From Corallochytrium limacisporum Hawaii (Eukaryota > Protista > Pluriformea), in assembly GCA_002811645.1 (NCBI GenBank), contig PDIP01000004.1, positions 124,001-188,000 on the forward strand: DNA of 64,000 nt, given 5' to 3'. Both the position numbers and the translations under genes were made by a program. Positions 9,171 through 21,258 of this stretch are shown here, piece by piece. Positions within the stretch are counted from its first letter, which is position 1. The number at the start of each line of letters is the position of its first letter. The notes under the pieces were generated by a model. That model did not search any database. It saw nothing but the letters and a program-made list of their open reading frames with translations, and had not been told where the DNA came from.

Positions 9171-12100
9171 TGTCAGGCCATTCATTAAGTACCGATTTTT
9201 GAACCCTGTCCCCTTCCCTTGGGGGGGGGGGGGGGGGGAGGACGACGGCGAGGCCTTCGGGGGGGAATTGGCGGGGAAAAAGCCCTGCGACACGAGCGCC
9301 TAAAGCCTACACCAAAGCCTAAGCATTTTGCAATAGGTACTCTCCACACAGAGTCTTCGGTCTTCGGGGTAAAACTGTGTGGGTTTGCAATCCGCAGATT
9401 TCCAGAGACGGAGATAAATTTTCTTTTCCATGCCCCCGCCCTTCCTGTTTCTCTTAGGTCAATTCCTGAGACAGTGTTTTGAAGTGCGAACTTGCCAATG
9501 CGTTTGGACGGTGGCTGTCGTTCTGAACCCTTTTGCTTTTTCGTTCTCCCCCATCCCCAACGCCTCTCTCTCCCCCCTCCTCCTATCCATCACTACAATC
9601 CCGATCCAACCGTCCTTCCCCAGTTCGCTTAGTGTCTCAACGGAGGAATATGAACAACACTTCTGACATCTTCTGTTGCATGTCATGCCGCCTCTTATGT
9701 TTGGTTCTGGAACACAGACATCGGTGACTCAGCAACGATCCCGAAGTAATGCAACTTAGACTAGGTGCAAACAGAAAGTGTGCGTTTGGGGGGGGTGTAG
9801 CTTTGCCTTTTTGTAGAACTTCAGAACTGCCTATTTTTAATTGTATGATGTTGGTTTGTCTTAGATTTTTGCGTCACCAAACTTGAAAAGACATCGAAAG
9901 TTTGTTCAAGTGACGGGGACGAGAAGTTATGTGTCCTCATGTGCTGATGAAATAGACGTGTGAAGCAAAAAGGCATAACATTGGGTTGCCTATATCAGTG
10001 CTCCTCTGACCAACTATCAACTACGTACTGGGACGCGAGACCCACATCGTGTTTCACCCTATTTCTGTCCCGAAATCCGTTCAGGGTCCTTGTGTAACGG
10101 TAGCCAACCGCAATAACACGACGAAACGAATTTGGCTTTAGAGAACATTTGCGAAGATGCGCCCCGGCGCTAGCGCTGCGGTACTCACGTCTGAAATGGA
10201 ACGATGAGAGAAGCAAGAGTTGCTGCGTTGTGCGTGTGCAAATTCAGACTTAGACTAAAGAGGCAGAAGAAGAACCAAATGCACCTAGTGCGCCAGGCTG
10301 CAGAACGATGTGTGGCAAATGCCGGCCAGGAGGGCTTGCTCTTTGCAGATCCAATGTCAAATGTGTTTGTCTTCAGGAACTATGTCTGAGTGCTTGCTGA
10401 TGCTTGTAGCAGGTTTAATTGGATACCTAAATGACGCTTAGGCCATGTGCAAGCTGCGGAAAATCGGTGTGGGTTGAGGGCTCTGTCGCATGTTACGGGG
10501 GTGGAAATGTATGGATACCGAGGGATAGCGAGTGTTCTCTGTGAAACGCATAGCAGCACGGCAACTGTCCAACGCATTATCGAAACAGCCATCCAAGCGA
10601 CAGACGACCATACTTGGGATGCGTCCCTCCACCTCGATTATTTTCCCTATGGTCGCGCACCTTCGACGATACCGTGTGTCCTTCCCATTTCAAGTCCACA
10701 GAGTCAAGCGTGTCGATTCACCACCAGGGCAAATTCAGGTTCTCCTCCTGCCCTTGACGAGTGCAATGGTGGTACGCATTATAGGGGATCCTGCGACACA
10801 TGGAGAATTAATGAGAGGAAGAAAAAAAACACACACACCACGTTGCACATACAATCAGACCGTACTGGCCTGACTGCTCATCCGGAGTTCATGGTTCCCA
10901 TACTGTTCTGGACCTTGTTTCACAGATGATAGTTGGACTCTTCGGTCGTCGGTTTAAAGTCTTTCCGTGGAACGGATGAATTAAAATTTAGTCACAGTGG
11001 ACTGTCTACGCTTAGAAACACCTACGCTCCTGTGCTTTAGGTCTGCGGAGGTCCCTCTAAGGGAGAGCGCATCTGCGTGCCATCCACTGTAACAATGGGA
11101 CTCCCACCCTTCCCACACACTAAGGAACAAATCGAGGAAACAAAACAAGAAACTTAAAAAATATATCAGATGGCTAGGTTCGATCACGGAAGGCGAACGC
11201 CTTGGACTGCGGCATGCGGCATGACCATTGAGGGATGCGTCCGGATTATTTGCAGTCCCAGTGTAATGGAAACGAACCAAGAAAATGAAAGGAGAGTGGC
11301 AATAACATTCGATCGCTGTAGAAACACAGGGGAAGATAAAGTCTGAGGGTTTTCCCTAATCCTGCGTATGTAACCCGTCCACAACAGGCCAAATACAGCG
11401 CAAGTGTAAGCCAACCATGTGCTTGTCTCCTTCGTGACGATTCCAGTGCCCATCACCTCATCACTATGCACATCAGAGGATGTGTGCAGACAAACTGCAG
11501 CTGCTTCGTATTTGTTATTCTGTAAATACTCAAAGTTATGTGCATAATACTGAGAATATACTAAGACAGCAGAAAGAAATCACTCTTTGTCCAGGATCGC
11601 CTTCGGTCATGCCGCACTAAAACTTGCTCAGATCTTTCGTCTTTGGCTGCCATGTAGTGTCGTTGGCCCGCTCTCTAACTTTCATGGTTGGTTGCGGTGC
11701 AGCTTATTACGTTGGGTGAATTTTGCTCGAGAAAAGTAAATATCTAATCTGTGGGTGGTGTTGTTAGTGATCAATCGATGAGAATAACGGAGGCTGCAAA
11801 GGACTGACGAAAAATTTAAGACCCAGATAGTTTAAGCGATTGCGGATGATGATGATGCTTGCTGTGTTCTTGCTTCCTCTTCTCCCCTTCCCCTCCTTTG
11901 TTGCCCGTTCTTGTTTTGTCGTTTCGTTGAGGCGCTCCGACATGCACCGAAACACTACCGAATGGGGTCCGGAGAGGCGGAGGGAATGGCATCAGAACGC
12001 CTTACCCACTACTGCCACTTGCCGCAAGGCTTACGTCAAAAGCTACCAAAATGCCCTAGCAGGACGTCCAAACGGACGCATTGGCACATATCCTTCATGA

Positions 12101-15100
12101 TATGCGGCCAGCCGCAGCTGTGTGTGTGCTGAAATACCAAGCAGGCCACAGAACAACACCAAGCGTCAAAGCGATTTGGTCGAACCATTCTCCACAAATT
12201 TAAGCGAAGACCAACACGTTTACTATCACATTTTTAGGGAACCTTGCCGCAGAGGGTAGGAGAATGCCCTTATTGAGTAGCAAAGAACGAAACGACGAGA
12301 GTTGTCTTGCATGTTGCAGTTAACTGATAGGTATGGACTCTTTTTTAATGTTCTGTGAGATGATGACGCTCTACTGCTATTGGGTGTAATGTGTGACAAG
12401 CGAACTCGAAGGTGAAGTAAAGAAGAAAGAAAGGAATGAAGGCGACATCCTTCCCTAATTCATAAGTGGGCTGCCTACACATCCAAATCATTTTTCAGGT
12501 GAAGAGCGGCCTGCAGGACCTCCTCTTCTCGACCACGTCGTGGCTATAGCCAGCTCCCGCATAGAGCCAAAGCGTCCCGCCTCACCCTCCGGCGCCCTCC
12601 TCCCCCACCCACCCCGGTCCGGGGGAGGGGCCACAGGTACGTTGGTTTGCAAAGGAACAGCGTACCGCAACCCAAGCAGAATGCCCTATATATTTAGGAA
12701 GGCAACGTTGATGCCAAAATCGTGCGTTTGTGTTGTATGTTCACTATGCACAGCTAAGACTATGACTGAGAAACTGAGTAAAAGGGAGCGGGAGACACAT
12801 TAGAAACCCGGCCAAAGGATCATGAAAACGCGACGAACTTTCGGCTGCTTTTCCCATTTTTTTCCTTTCCCCTCTCTCTCTCTCTCTCTCACTTGCTTTC
12901 GTTCTTCCCTCCCTCCATCTTTCCTCTCTCTCTCTCCCCTCTCCCCCCTCCCTCCCTCCCCACAAACCCCGGCGGAGAAGGGGAGGGGGAGTGTTGATTT
13001 GGGAAGGGACCCCAGCATCGTTCTGTACAACACCTTTTCCCCATCCTTTCTACAGATAGTTATAAGGCACTTCATTCGCTTTCAAATTTCCCCCCCCTCT
13101 CCCCGATTTCTAACTCTGCTCGGCTATTTTTTTTTTACTTTCTACCGTTCCTTGCAACCCTCTATCCCCCCCCCTCCCTCTTGTCTTCCCTCGGGCGCCT
13201 CATCCGTCTCGGTTCTTTCTTCTCTCCCTGTCGGGTCCTTTTCCCTTCTGCCTGTCGCTGATCCAATTAGTCTCCCGTCTTTGTCGCAGCGCGAGCTGCA
13301 AACCCTCCCCACACCACACCGATACCCCGCATGCCAGCAAGATTTTGTGATACTCACAGGTATGGCCATCGCAAGTCATAGGGAAACCCTGCTGGTAACT
13401 ACAAAAGGCGACTTGGAATCGTCCCGGTGGTTGGGGGCAGTTGGAGTGGTGGAGGTTAGGTACGTACCTTCTTATATATCTCCCCGTCTCAAGTTGGTCT
13501 TCCGTCCGAGAGATACTAGTCGAATTTAGTCAAAGGTTTGTAGTATATTGGGCGGTGGCATGTGCTCCGACTGCGCTAGGACCAAACCCTTTAACCATTT
13601 TGAAAACGTTTTAGAAATTGAAATATCTCCGATACAAAAGAAAAAAATGGAGACAGAAGGGAGAGAAACCACGGTCAACGTTGTAGCCAGTCCGCCTGCA
13701 AAATACCGGTACTACCACTATTTTAGCACCCTCCCTCTTGGGCCACCCGTAATACACCAGCACCAAGTTTCAACATGCCCTTGGTGTAACACTTTTTTAG
13801 GCCTTGTTGTGTTTCGACCATTTCCTGTTCTGTCCGTCCTCTTCTATTTTTTTTTTAAATTCTTTGGTGCGGGGTGTGTTGGAATGTGTCTTATCCTATT
13901 TTCTTTCCTTTTATTTTTTTGCAATGTCCCTTACCACCCATATATTCTCAGTCATAGGCACACAGCAAAAAAAGGGTGTTGCAATTGCGCACCCACACGC
14001 ACAACGCCACGCACACAGAAACGGCTGGCAGTGCGAAGCAGGATTACCGCAAGTCAGCAGCAAAGAAGTCAACATTCTTTCCCCCCCCCCTCTCCCCCCC
14101 TTGCGTGCATGGGAAAGGTCCAAGGGACATAGTATGACCTCTATGCGTTTACTTAGCCTTTGGGATGCCACACACTGTCTTCATAGTGAACACTCAGCGT
14201 TGCCCTACTGCCTCCCCAATACCTAGATAGAGAGACACGCCCCCCCCCCTCCCGGGAAGCAATATTTTCGTGCGTTGTGGACATGTATCCTTTCTTTTTA
14301 CTAAACTGTGTGAATTCGAAATAAAAAGTCTGAGGGACGAAGTCCGGTTGAGAATTTCTATTTATTTCTCATAGAAAACCAGAGTCGGGGTCTACAGCGT
14401 CAACAAGGCCGGTTCGGCGATTTGACTCGGGCTCTGTGAACGTTGACGTACGGAGCAGCTGGGCGAACGCTCTGAGGAAACCGGGCCGGGAAAAAGAATG
14501 GGGAAAGGGTGGGAGGGTATCTTGTGAGAAAATCTTCAATATTTCAATACATTCAGTATGTCTCAGGTAAAACTGCCGGAACGGAGAAATCAGAAAAGGG
14601 AAAAGGGGGGCGGAGGCGGAGGGGAGGGGGGGAAAGCTCGAGACTCACGGAGGTCGAGGGCGAAGGAAGATGCAACGGAAAGGGGGGGGAAGGGAAGCAC
14701 TCAGTGAGGTGAGAAGGAGGAATGAGAAGGACACACAGGGAGGAGGCAAAGGGGAAGAGAGTGATAGAAGCGAGAGAGAGAGTGAGTGAGTGAGTGAAAG
14801 AGAGAGTGTGTGTGTGAGTGTGTGAGTGAAAGACTGAAAGAGAGAGAGAGTGAACGAGTGAGACGCGGCCGGGGGGGGGGGAGGGGTGGCGGCGGTTTAG
14901 AGGGAGAGAGCCCGACAGGGAGGGGGAGAATANNNNNNNNNNNNNNNNNNNNNNNNNNNNNNNNNNNNNNNNNNNNNNNNNNNNNNNNNNGGGGGGAAGG
15001 ATGGCGGCGGTTTAGAGGGAGAGAGCCCGACAGGGAGAGGGAGAATATATCGGCGCACCCAACGGTAGTGCGGTGGGAGCGGGTGAAACGCGAAAGTGGT

Positions 15101-15247
15101 GAGGAGGGGGAAGAGGGGAACAAAAAAGAAATGGAGAGAAACGTTTTGTTTTCACTGTTGCCGTCAAACACCCACAAAGAGAAAGGCCACCCACACCCTT
15201 ACTCCGGTTCCGGTTCCATACACACACGTACAAGTACTCACTTACGC

Positions 15248-15284
15248 ACACTCACTCACTCACTCACACACACACTCACTCACT

Positions 15285-15310
<26 letters not shown>
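15248..15310. repeat. (CACT)n/(CA)n microsatellite
   Basis: Seen directly. A complementary (GAGT)n/(GT)n tract lies at about 14775-14830. Confidence 0.85.
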
Positions 15311-15316
<6 letters not shown>

Positions 15317-16151
15317 CACCAATAACAGCCAACGCGCGAAACACGGCAGGACGGAATACTTCCGTTTTGCCATTTTTTTTCACTCTTCCTTTTAGAACCC
15401 ACAGCTGACTTAGGGAAATGTGAGGTAGCCCTCCCCCTCCCCGCGGGGAAAGGGGGGAGAGAGGAGTGGAAGAAAGGTGGAGGTGTGGGCGGCCCCCGGC
15501 TTGTTGTGAGTCTCAGTATAGTGTCCCCTCTCATCGTTTTCCTTCCTCTTTGCATCGTCTTTCTTCGTCGTTTGTCTTCCGCGACTTGTAAATCACACGA
15601 GCGCACACACACCACTTTCTTTAACGGCGTTTCAGGTGCTTTTCGTGAACTGTAATTGCTGCTATGTTCACAGTTGTCATACGAATGGAAAAGTCTTGGG
15701 ATCTGTTGCCCCCTGAACTGGAACATGGGGCTGGTATTTGAAACTTTATACAAGTGTATGGATCTGCTAGCAATTCATGTAAGTCTACGGTTATTTGTCA
15801 ACCATAGGGTTCGGACCAGACTGTATAAGGTTCCTCAGTCGTAAACTCCTGCAGGAGGGATATGATGAAATGGAAATGAACCTCTAAGTGTTGAACAGAA
15901 AGCAGAAGACGGAGGACAAGAGAGAATTGAGAAGGATTATGACTTAGAAAGGTTGACACCGAACTGCCTTCCAGGGAGTGGGTATAGTTGACACACGCAC
16001 GATTCAAAGAATTACATACAATCGCTCCAAGGGAAATTGAACAGAAACAGAAAAGCCTACATAATTATTGGCAAGAGATTTTGAGTACGTGGTGGTACTA
16101 ATTAGTTCTCATTATTTCGAGCTGCTCGGAACGGGCCAAACCGAGAAAATC

Positions 16152-19100
16152 ATGGAACTGTTCCAATGCCGTTGGGAAGGCTGTGATGCAGCCTTCAAAC
16201 TGGCTGACGACTTGTGGAACCATGTTGAGAGCGCCCACATTACAGTAGCACGGAGAACTTCAAAGAATCCCTTTGAATGCAAATGGCAAGGGTGCACGTT
16301 CCACACCTTCAACCGGAAGGACAACTATCGTACGCATCTTTTGGGACACCAGCCGTCCGCCTTCAGACCACTTCACTGTGCCCGATGTGACTATAGTAGT
16401 CGCTACTCGAGCGATATGAACAAGCATTGGACCAATAAGCACTGGGGTGCTGACCGTACTGCTCCGCAATTGATTCAGCACAAGTGTGAGGTCTGTGACT
16501 TTACCAGCCCCCAGTCCTACCTGGCGCGCCGGCATTGTTCAAGCATGAAGGCAAGTTCGCAGGTGCCGACTCCGCTCTACCCGCAGGGTGCGGATACTGT
16601 GCGCAAGACCAGTGCGGCGCCTGCTGTAGCTGCAACGCCCGTCGGTGGCACGAAGCCACATGCCGGACCAGGCGGCCACAAGGGCCCTCATGGCCCCCAT
16701 CACGGCCTGCCCCAGCCTCCGGACATGCACCATGTCGCACAGCCACCACACATGCGTGGACCCCCGCCACCGTCACATGGCATGCCTGCGCCCCCACACC
16801 ATGCGCAGCACCCCCAGATGATGGCGCACGGTGCTCCCCCACCCCACCACCACAGCCATGCTCCGGTCCACGGTCATCCCCACGGACCACCACCCATGCC
16901 TCCCCAGCACGGCATGACTGGTGGTCCTGGAATGCCCCCCCATTCACAGGGCATGCACCCTGGTGCACAGGGACATTCGCATCCCCCACCACCGCCGCCA
17001 CACCATGCCATGAACCCGGCATTCTACGCCGGTCAGCAGCAGCAAGGGCCACCGCCACCGCAGCACGGTCCACCGCCCATGGATCCACAGAAGCGCCACA
17101 GTTTACACGGAGGCCCACCACCGCCACCGCATGCCGTACCGACCCCACCGCAACCTCCGATGCCTCCGAACCCGCAGCAGCCGCCGCCACCCGAGCAGCC
17201 TGGAGAGTGGGGCGTGCCGCCTCATCGCGCTAGCATGAGTGGACCACCGCCACCGCAGGGCATGATGCACCAACAGCAACAGCAACCGCCACCGCGCCAG
17301 TCAATGGCAGGGCCAGACCCGCCGCGAAACCGCGGAGGACGACCTCCGATTTACAGCGGCCCTCCGCCACCCCCGACGTACGGTGCTCAGCAACAGCAGC
17401 AGCACGGTTCCTATGGTGCTCCAGCTCATGGACAGCCGCCCCAACAGCAACAGGAACACTATCCACAACCACCTCCCAGCCAGCACCAGCAGCACGGCAG
17501 CAGTGAAGGACAGCAGCAGCAGCCTCCTCCACCACCGCAGTACGGTAGCGGACCTCCGCCCCCCCCACACTACGGTGCCCAAGGCCCTTACGGTCAGCCG
17601 CCGATGCCCCCGCAGCAGCAGCCCCCCCATAGCGGAGACAACAACTCCCCTGCTGACTATGGTGATCATCAGCGCCGCTACAGTGGTGTCCCGCAGCAGC
17701 CTGGAGGGCACATGCCTCCGCGTTACAGCACCAATCATCCGCAGGGCCCGCCACAACCGCCACCGCCGCAACAGCAGCCGCAGGGACAGGCGTCTCCACA
17801 CGATGCATACCGCCGCACTCCCAGCGGTGGTGCGGTGCCTGATTACGTCCAACGCAGCTCGCCACAACAGACCCAACACCGGCCACCACAGCTCCGCACA
17901 CCCACTGACAATGCTCCTGTATCGGCCGGAGGTGACACTCGTGGCTCAGTTGCGAGCAGTGGCGGACAGCCCGCGAAGGGCTCACCGAAGGCACCGACAC
18001 CGCAGCCACAGCAGGCTCCGCAGCAGGCTCCTCCGCCGCCTCCGCCTTACGGAGCTCCCCCGGCGCCTCACTACGCCGCGCATCCGCAGCACCCGCCTCC
18101 TCCTCCGTACGGGCAGCAGCAGCCTCCACCGCCGCAGCCATCTCAACAGCCACCGAATGGAGACGCGTCTACAGCGCAACAAGGCATTCCGCCGACGTAC
18201 TACACTCAACCGCGCCAACACCCGCCGCAGCAGCAGCAGCCGCACCGCGCGGCCGGACCTGGTGCTCCAGGTGGGCAGGGCCAGCAGCAGGCTGCCGCCA
18301 ACGGCAGTGCTGATTCCGGGGGTGTGAAGCGCACCGCCAGCGAAGCAGAGATGGTTACGGCCGGGGACGGTGCAACTCAGAAGCAGGCCCGAGTCCATTC
18401 ATACGGACAGCAACCACAGCAACCACCGCAGGGACAGCAACAACAGCAGCCCCAATACGGTCAACCGCCAGAGCCACCCCCACAGCAACAGTTACCGGCC
18501 GGTCAGGGACAGCGACAGCAGTCACCACAACCGCCACAACCACAGCAGGTTCAGGGCCAAGCACCTGCTAGCAACGATGCCCCCCATGGACAAAAGTACC
18601 AGCAGGATTTTCGGCGGGCGGGGCGATCCATTGAAAGTCAGGGACCACAAGAGTCGGCAGAACAAATGGTTAAGAATGAAAGGGAGCAAGAACACCAGTC
18701 CCAGTCATCTGATCCAAGCAAGGAGAATGCCGAAAGAGGACAAGCAGAATTCAGTGAGGAAGCACACAAGGAGAATGCTGTTCCCCAACAATTTCACGGA
18801 TCCGCCCCGCAGACCAAACAGAACGGAGTAGCAACAACAGCAACAGTGACAGTACAGCAGCATGAACAGGTTGAGCATCGTCACGCGGCGGAACAGCAAA
18901 AAAAAGACCAAGATGGCAAAAATGACATTCGTGACGCTAGGAGCGTTGCCACCGCCAATAGTAAGGGAGAAGCAGGCCACATCATTGCCGAGTTCCATTC
19001 ACAACCCCAGGAGTTCGTCGTCGGTGCCCCAGCGGCCAATATCTCGATGACCACCACAAGTCCAGACGTCAATCATGACCACCGCAAGACTTTCCCCACG

Positions 19101-20672
19101 AGGAAGAATACCTTGAAACCCGGCCAGGCCATGGCAGTGGGTGAGACGTTGACCTCGGTGGATGGAACTGTGGTGTGTGAACTATTGGAAACGGGTCGTC
19201 TGGTGATTAGGCGCCGCAAATTGACAGGTGCGCAGGGCAGTGATACGAAAGGACATGATGACCATGATCAGTATGAGGAAGAAGTCCTGTGGGTCTCATC
19301 ACCTTGTACTCCAGAGAAAGTATCCGCTGCGAATGGTCAAGTAGTTCTACAGTGCATGCCAACAGGCAACCTGCGGGTGCTGGTCGTCGACGACGATGAC
19401 ACCATAAAGGTTGAGGAGGACGCGATTGATAGAGACCTGATAGAGACCAAAACGGCTTGGAAAGCCCTCCGTTCAGACCTTGCTGTGCCTCTGGAAGCTT
19501 TCCTCACCGACAGTGGTCGTCTGCTCCTTCGCAAAGCGCGTACCGAGGATGACCTCGGGGCCACTCATAGTGGCACTCTGTATCATGTCTATGGCGTGAC
19601 TGGCAGTGAAAACTGTGCACAGCGTGACCCCACCGAAGACCCGTACATGGTGTGGTGCAGTACTCTCTGCAACCTGAACACTGGAGTGGTGCCAGTAAAT
19701 GGTACTGTGCAGCAGGGTGACATTTTACACTATAGATGTATGCTCGGAGACTTGGACACAGACGACACCATGGCAGCAACATCAGCATCAACTGCGGTCG
19801 CAGCGGAAACAGTCAACGAAGAAGTGGCGGCTGTGCCCCGTGTTTCGTCGTTGCATGTGCCACCGGAGCCCACGAATCCGTACTTTACTGTATTGGACAG
19901 TGGCTGCATAGACGTCCGAAGGCCAGTCAGGTCGGAGGACGGCAGAGCATCCGTAACACCTGCTGGACCAATTGACCACAGCGCACCACAACAGTCAGAG
20001 GAGGGCACAGTCACACCGACATCGTTGGCGGGTTCGCCATTGGAGCAGCGCCATGCCCAAAAGGAACCGCAGCTGACCACCACGCGGAGCAAATCTGTCA
20101 GTCTCAGCCGTACGGTCCCGCTCCCACGCAATTGGATGAAACTACTAAGGGACGTATACGGCGACGGAAACTTCCCTGCTCCGGAGAGCGTTAAGCATGT
20201 CCGTTTCTCGCTTACGAATGCTGCCGGTGTCGGCCCAGTGTTAATGGCCAACATTTTTTACATTGAGGCCGAAAAGGCAGACTTCCTGCAGGTTTTCCGA
20301 TGTGTTGTGTGGAGCGCTTTTGCCAAGGCAACGAGCCGGATCTGTGTAGTGGACATCACTATTGCGGGTGACCTCTGTGTGCACGACGAGAGCGCCGTCC
20401 CGCATGTTCTGATCGAGGATGAGGTTGCCTACCGCAAGGCACGGCGGGGCTCTGCCACCGGCGCGCGGAAACTGTCGTCTCTGACTGCGCAACAGCAATG
20501 GGAAGCTCGTAAGGACACCCCAGCAATGGGCGCCAGTGTCTGGTGTCTGCGCACGAACAGCGGCATCAGCCTGCCTCTTCTGGTCGAACAACTTGCCCAG
20601 GAACAGCATTCCCAGACCCGAGGACCGGCAAGCGCAAACGCTACGCCACTGCAAAGCACCCAAGCAACATGA
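16152..20672 (+). CDS. C2H2 zinc-finger protein (tandem CWCH2, PacC/Rim101/Gli-like) with long P/Q/G/H/Y low-complexity region and putative degenerate bulb-type lectin C-terminus
   Basis: From ATG 16152: CRWEGC..H..H, CKWQGC..H..H, CARC..H..H and a degenerate fourth finger. Then about 700 aa of P/Q-rich sequence, then NTLKPGQAMAVGETLTS..LLETGRLVI..VLWVSS..CMPTGNLRV. Confidence 0.85.
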   Translation: MELFQCRWEGCDAAFKLADDLWNHVESAHITVARRTSKNPFECKWQGCTFHTFNRKDNYRTHLLGHQPSAFRPLHCARCDYSSRYSSDMNKHWTNKHWGADRTAPQLIQHKCEVCDFTSPQSYLARRHCSSMKASSQVPTPLYPQGADTVRKTSAAPAVAATPVGGTKPHAGPGGHKGPHGPHHGLPQPPDMHHVAQPPHMRGPPPPSHGMPAPPHHAQHPQMMAHGAPPPHHHSHAPVHGHPHGPPPMPPQHGMTGGPGMPPHSQGMHPGAQGHSHPPPPPPHHAMNPAFYAGQQQQGPPPPQHGPPPMDPQKRHSLHGGPPPPPHAVPTPPQPPMPPNPQQPPPPEQPGEWGVPPHRASMSGPPPPQGMMHQQQQQPPPRQSMAGPDPPRNRGGRPPIYSGPPPPPTYGAQQQQQHGSYGAPAHGQPPQQQQEHYPQPPPSQHQQHGSSEGQQQQPPPPPQYGSGPPPPPHYGAQGPYGQPPMPPQQQPPHSGDNNSPADYGDHQRRYSGVPQQPGGHMPPRYSTNHPQGPPQPPPPQQQPQGQASPHDAYRRTPSGGAVPDYVQRSSPQQTQHRPPQLRTPTDNAPVSAGGDTRGSVASSGGQPAKGSPKAPTPQPQQAPQQAPPPPPPYGAPPAPHYAAHPQHPPPPPYGQQQPPPPQPSQQPPNGDASTAQQGIPPTYYTQPRQHPPQQQQPHRAAGPGAPGGQGQQQAAANGSADSGGVKRTASEAEMVTAGDGATQKQARVHSYGQQPQQPPQGQQQQQPQYGQPPEPPPQQQLPAGQGQRQQSPQPPQPQQVQGQAPASNDAPHGQKYQQDFRRAGRSIESQGPQESAEQMVKNEREQEHQSQSSDPSKENAERGQAEFSEEAHKENAVPQQFHGSAPQTKQNGVATTATVTVQQHEQVEHRHAAEQQKKDQDGKNDIRDARSVATANSKGEAGHIIAEFHSQPQEFVVGAPAANISMTTTSPDVNHDHRKTFPTRKNTLKPGQAMAVGETLTSVDGTVVCELLETGRLVIRRRKLTGAQGSDTKGHDDHDQYEEEVLWVSSPCTPEKVSAANGQVVLQCMPTGNLRVLVVDDDDTIKVEEDAIDRDLIETKTAWKALRSDLAVPLEAFLTDSGRLLLRKARTEDDLGATHSGTLYHVYGVTGSENCAQRDPTEDPYMVWCSTLCNLNTGVVPVNGTVQQGDILHYRCMLGDLDTDDTMAATSASTAVAAETVNEEVAAVPRVSSLHVPPEPTNPYFTVLDSGCIDVRRPVRSEDGRASVTPAGPIDHSAPQQSEEGTVTPTSLAGSPLEQRHAQKEPQLTTTRSKSVSLSRTVPLPRNWMKLLRDVYGDGNFPAPESVKHVRFSLTNAAGVGPVLMANIFYIEAEKADFLQVFRCVVWSAFAKATSRICVVDITIAGDLCVHDESAVPHVLIEDEVAYRKARRGSATGARKLSSLTAQQQWEARKDTPAMGASVWCLRTNSGISLPLLVEQLAQEQHSQTRGPASANATPLQSTQAT

Positions 20673-21258
20673 AAACACATCAAGACCACAGACATAACCA
20701 TGTGTGGCAATACAAATGAATACACCTTGTATTTAATTTTTGTTCATATTAACGCCTACGACAAGTATGATGAATGAACTCTACTCTAGAACAAACTACC
20801 TCTATTGCCTCTTGGGGGGGGGGGGTGTCATGAGACCCTTGGTGAACGTACCCTGCAATTTGGGGTGTTCAAAATGTGTCCCCGTCCGAAATTTGTAAAA
20901 TATACTTAGAAATATACTCTTGATTGAATCAACAGCCCTCACCCCAACCACCCCTAGAACTTTATAACCGTGAACCCTAACGTAATCCTCCACCTCCCCA
21001 CACCCCACCAAAACCCACCTTTCGTCGCTTCGCAAGTTACAGAGGGGGGGGGGCACCTGTGGCGATAGCACCGGAAATCAGGCCAGGAATGTACGTTTGT
21101 TGCCTCTGTGTCCACTGGGTATGTGAAGATCGCCGGGGATTCTACATTGACATCTACGCTTCTGTTCCCTTTTGTTTCAATCACAAGAGAAGTTTTGGTT
21201 GGTAGTGGATCCGATTAATTGCTCCGGTGTTGGGCAGTGTGACTCTGACCTGAACCCC

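Noticed and set aside
9724-9734. Perfect ARE/NF-E2-like GTGACTCAGCA
   Set aside because: A single occurrence is plausible by chance in 64 kb, and CNC-Maf factors are not expected in this kind of organism.
9945-10009. TGATGA...CTGA resembling a box C/D snoRNA
   Set aside because: No terminal stem and no recognisable rRNA/snRNA guide. It would need a snoscan/Infernal hit.
14887-15047. About 45-bp direct repeat on both sides of the gap at 14933-14990
   Set aside because: Likely an unmerged contig overlap (assembly artefact).
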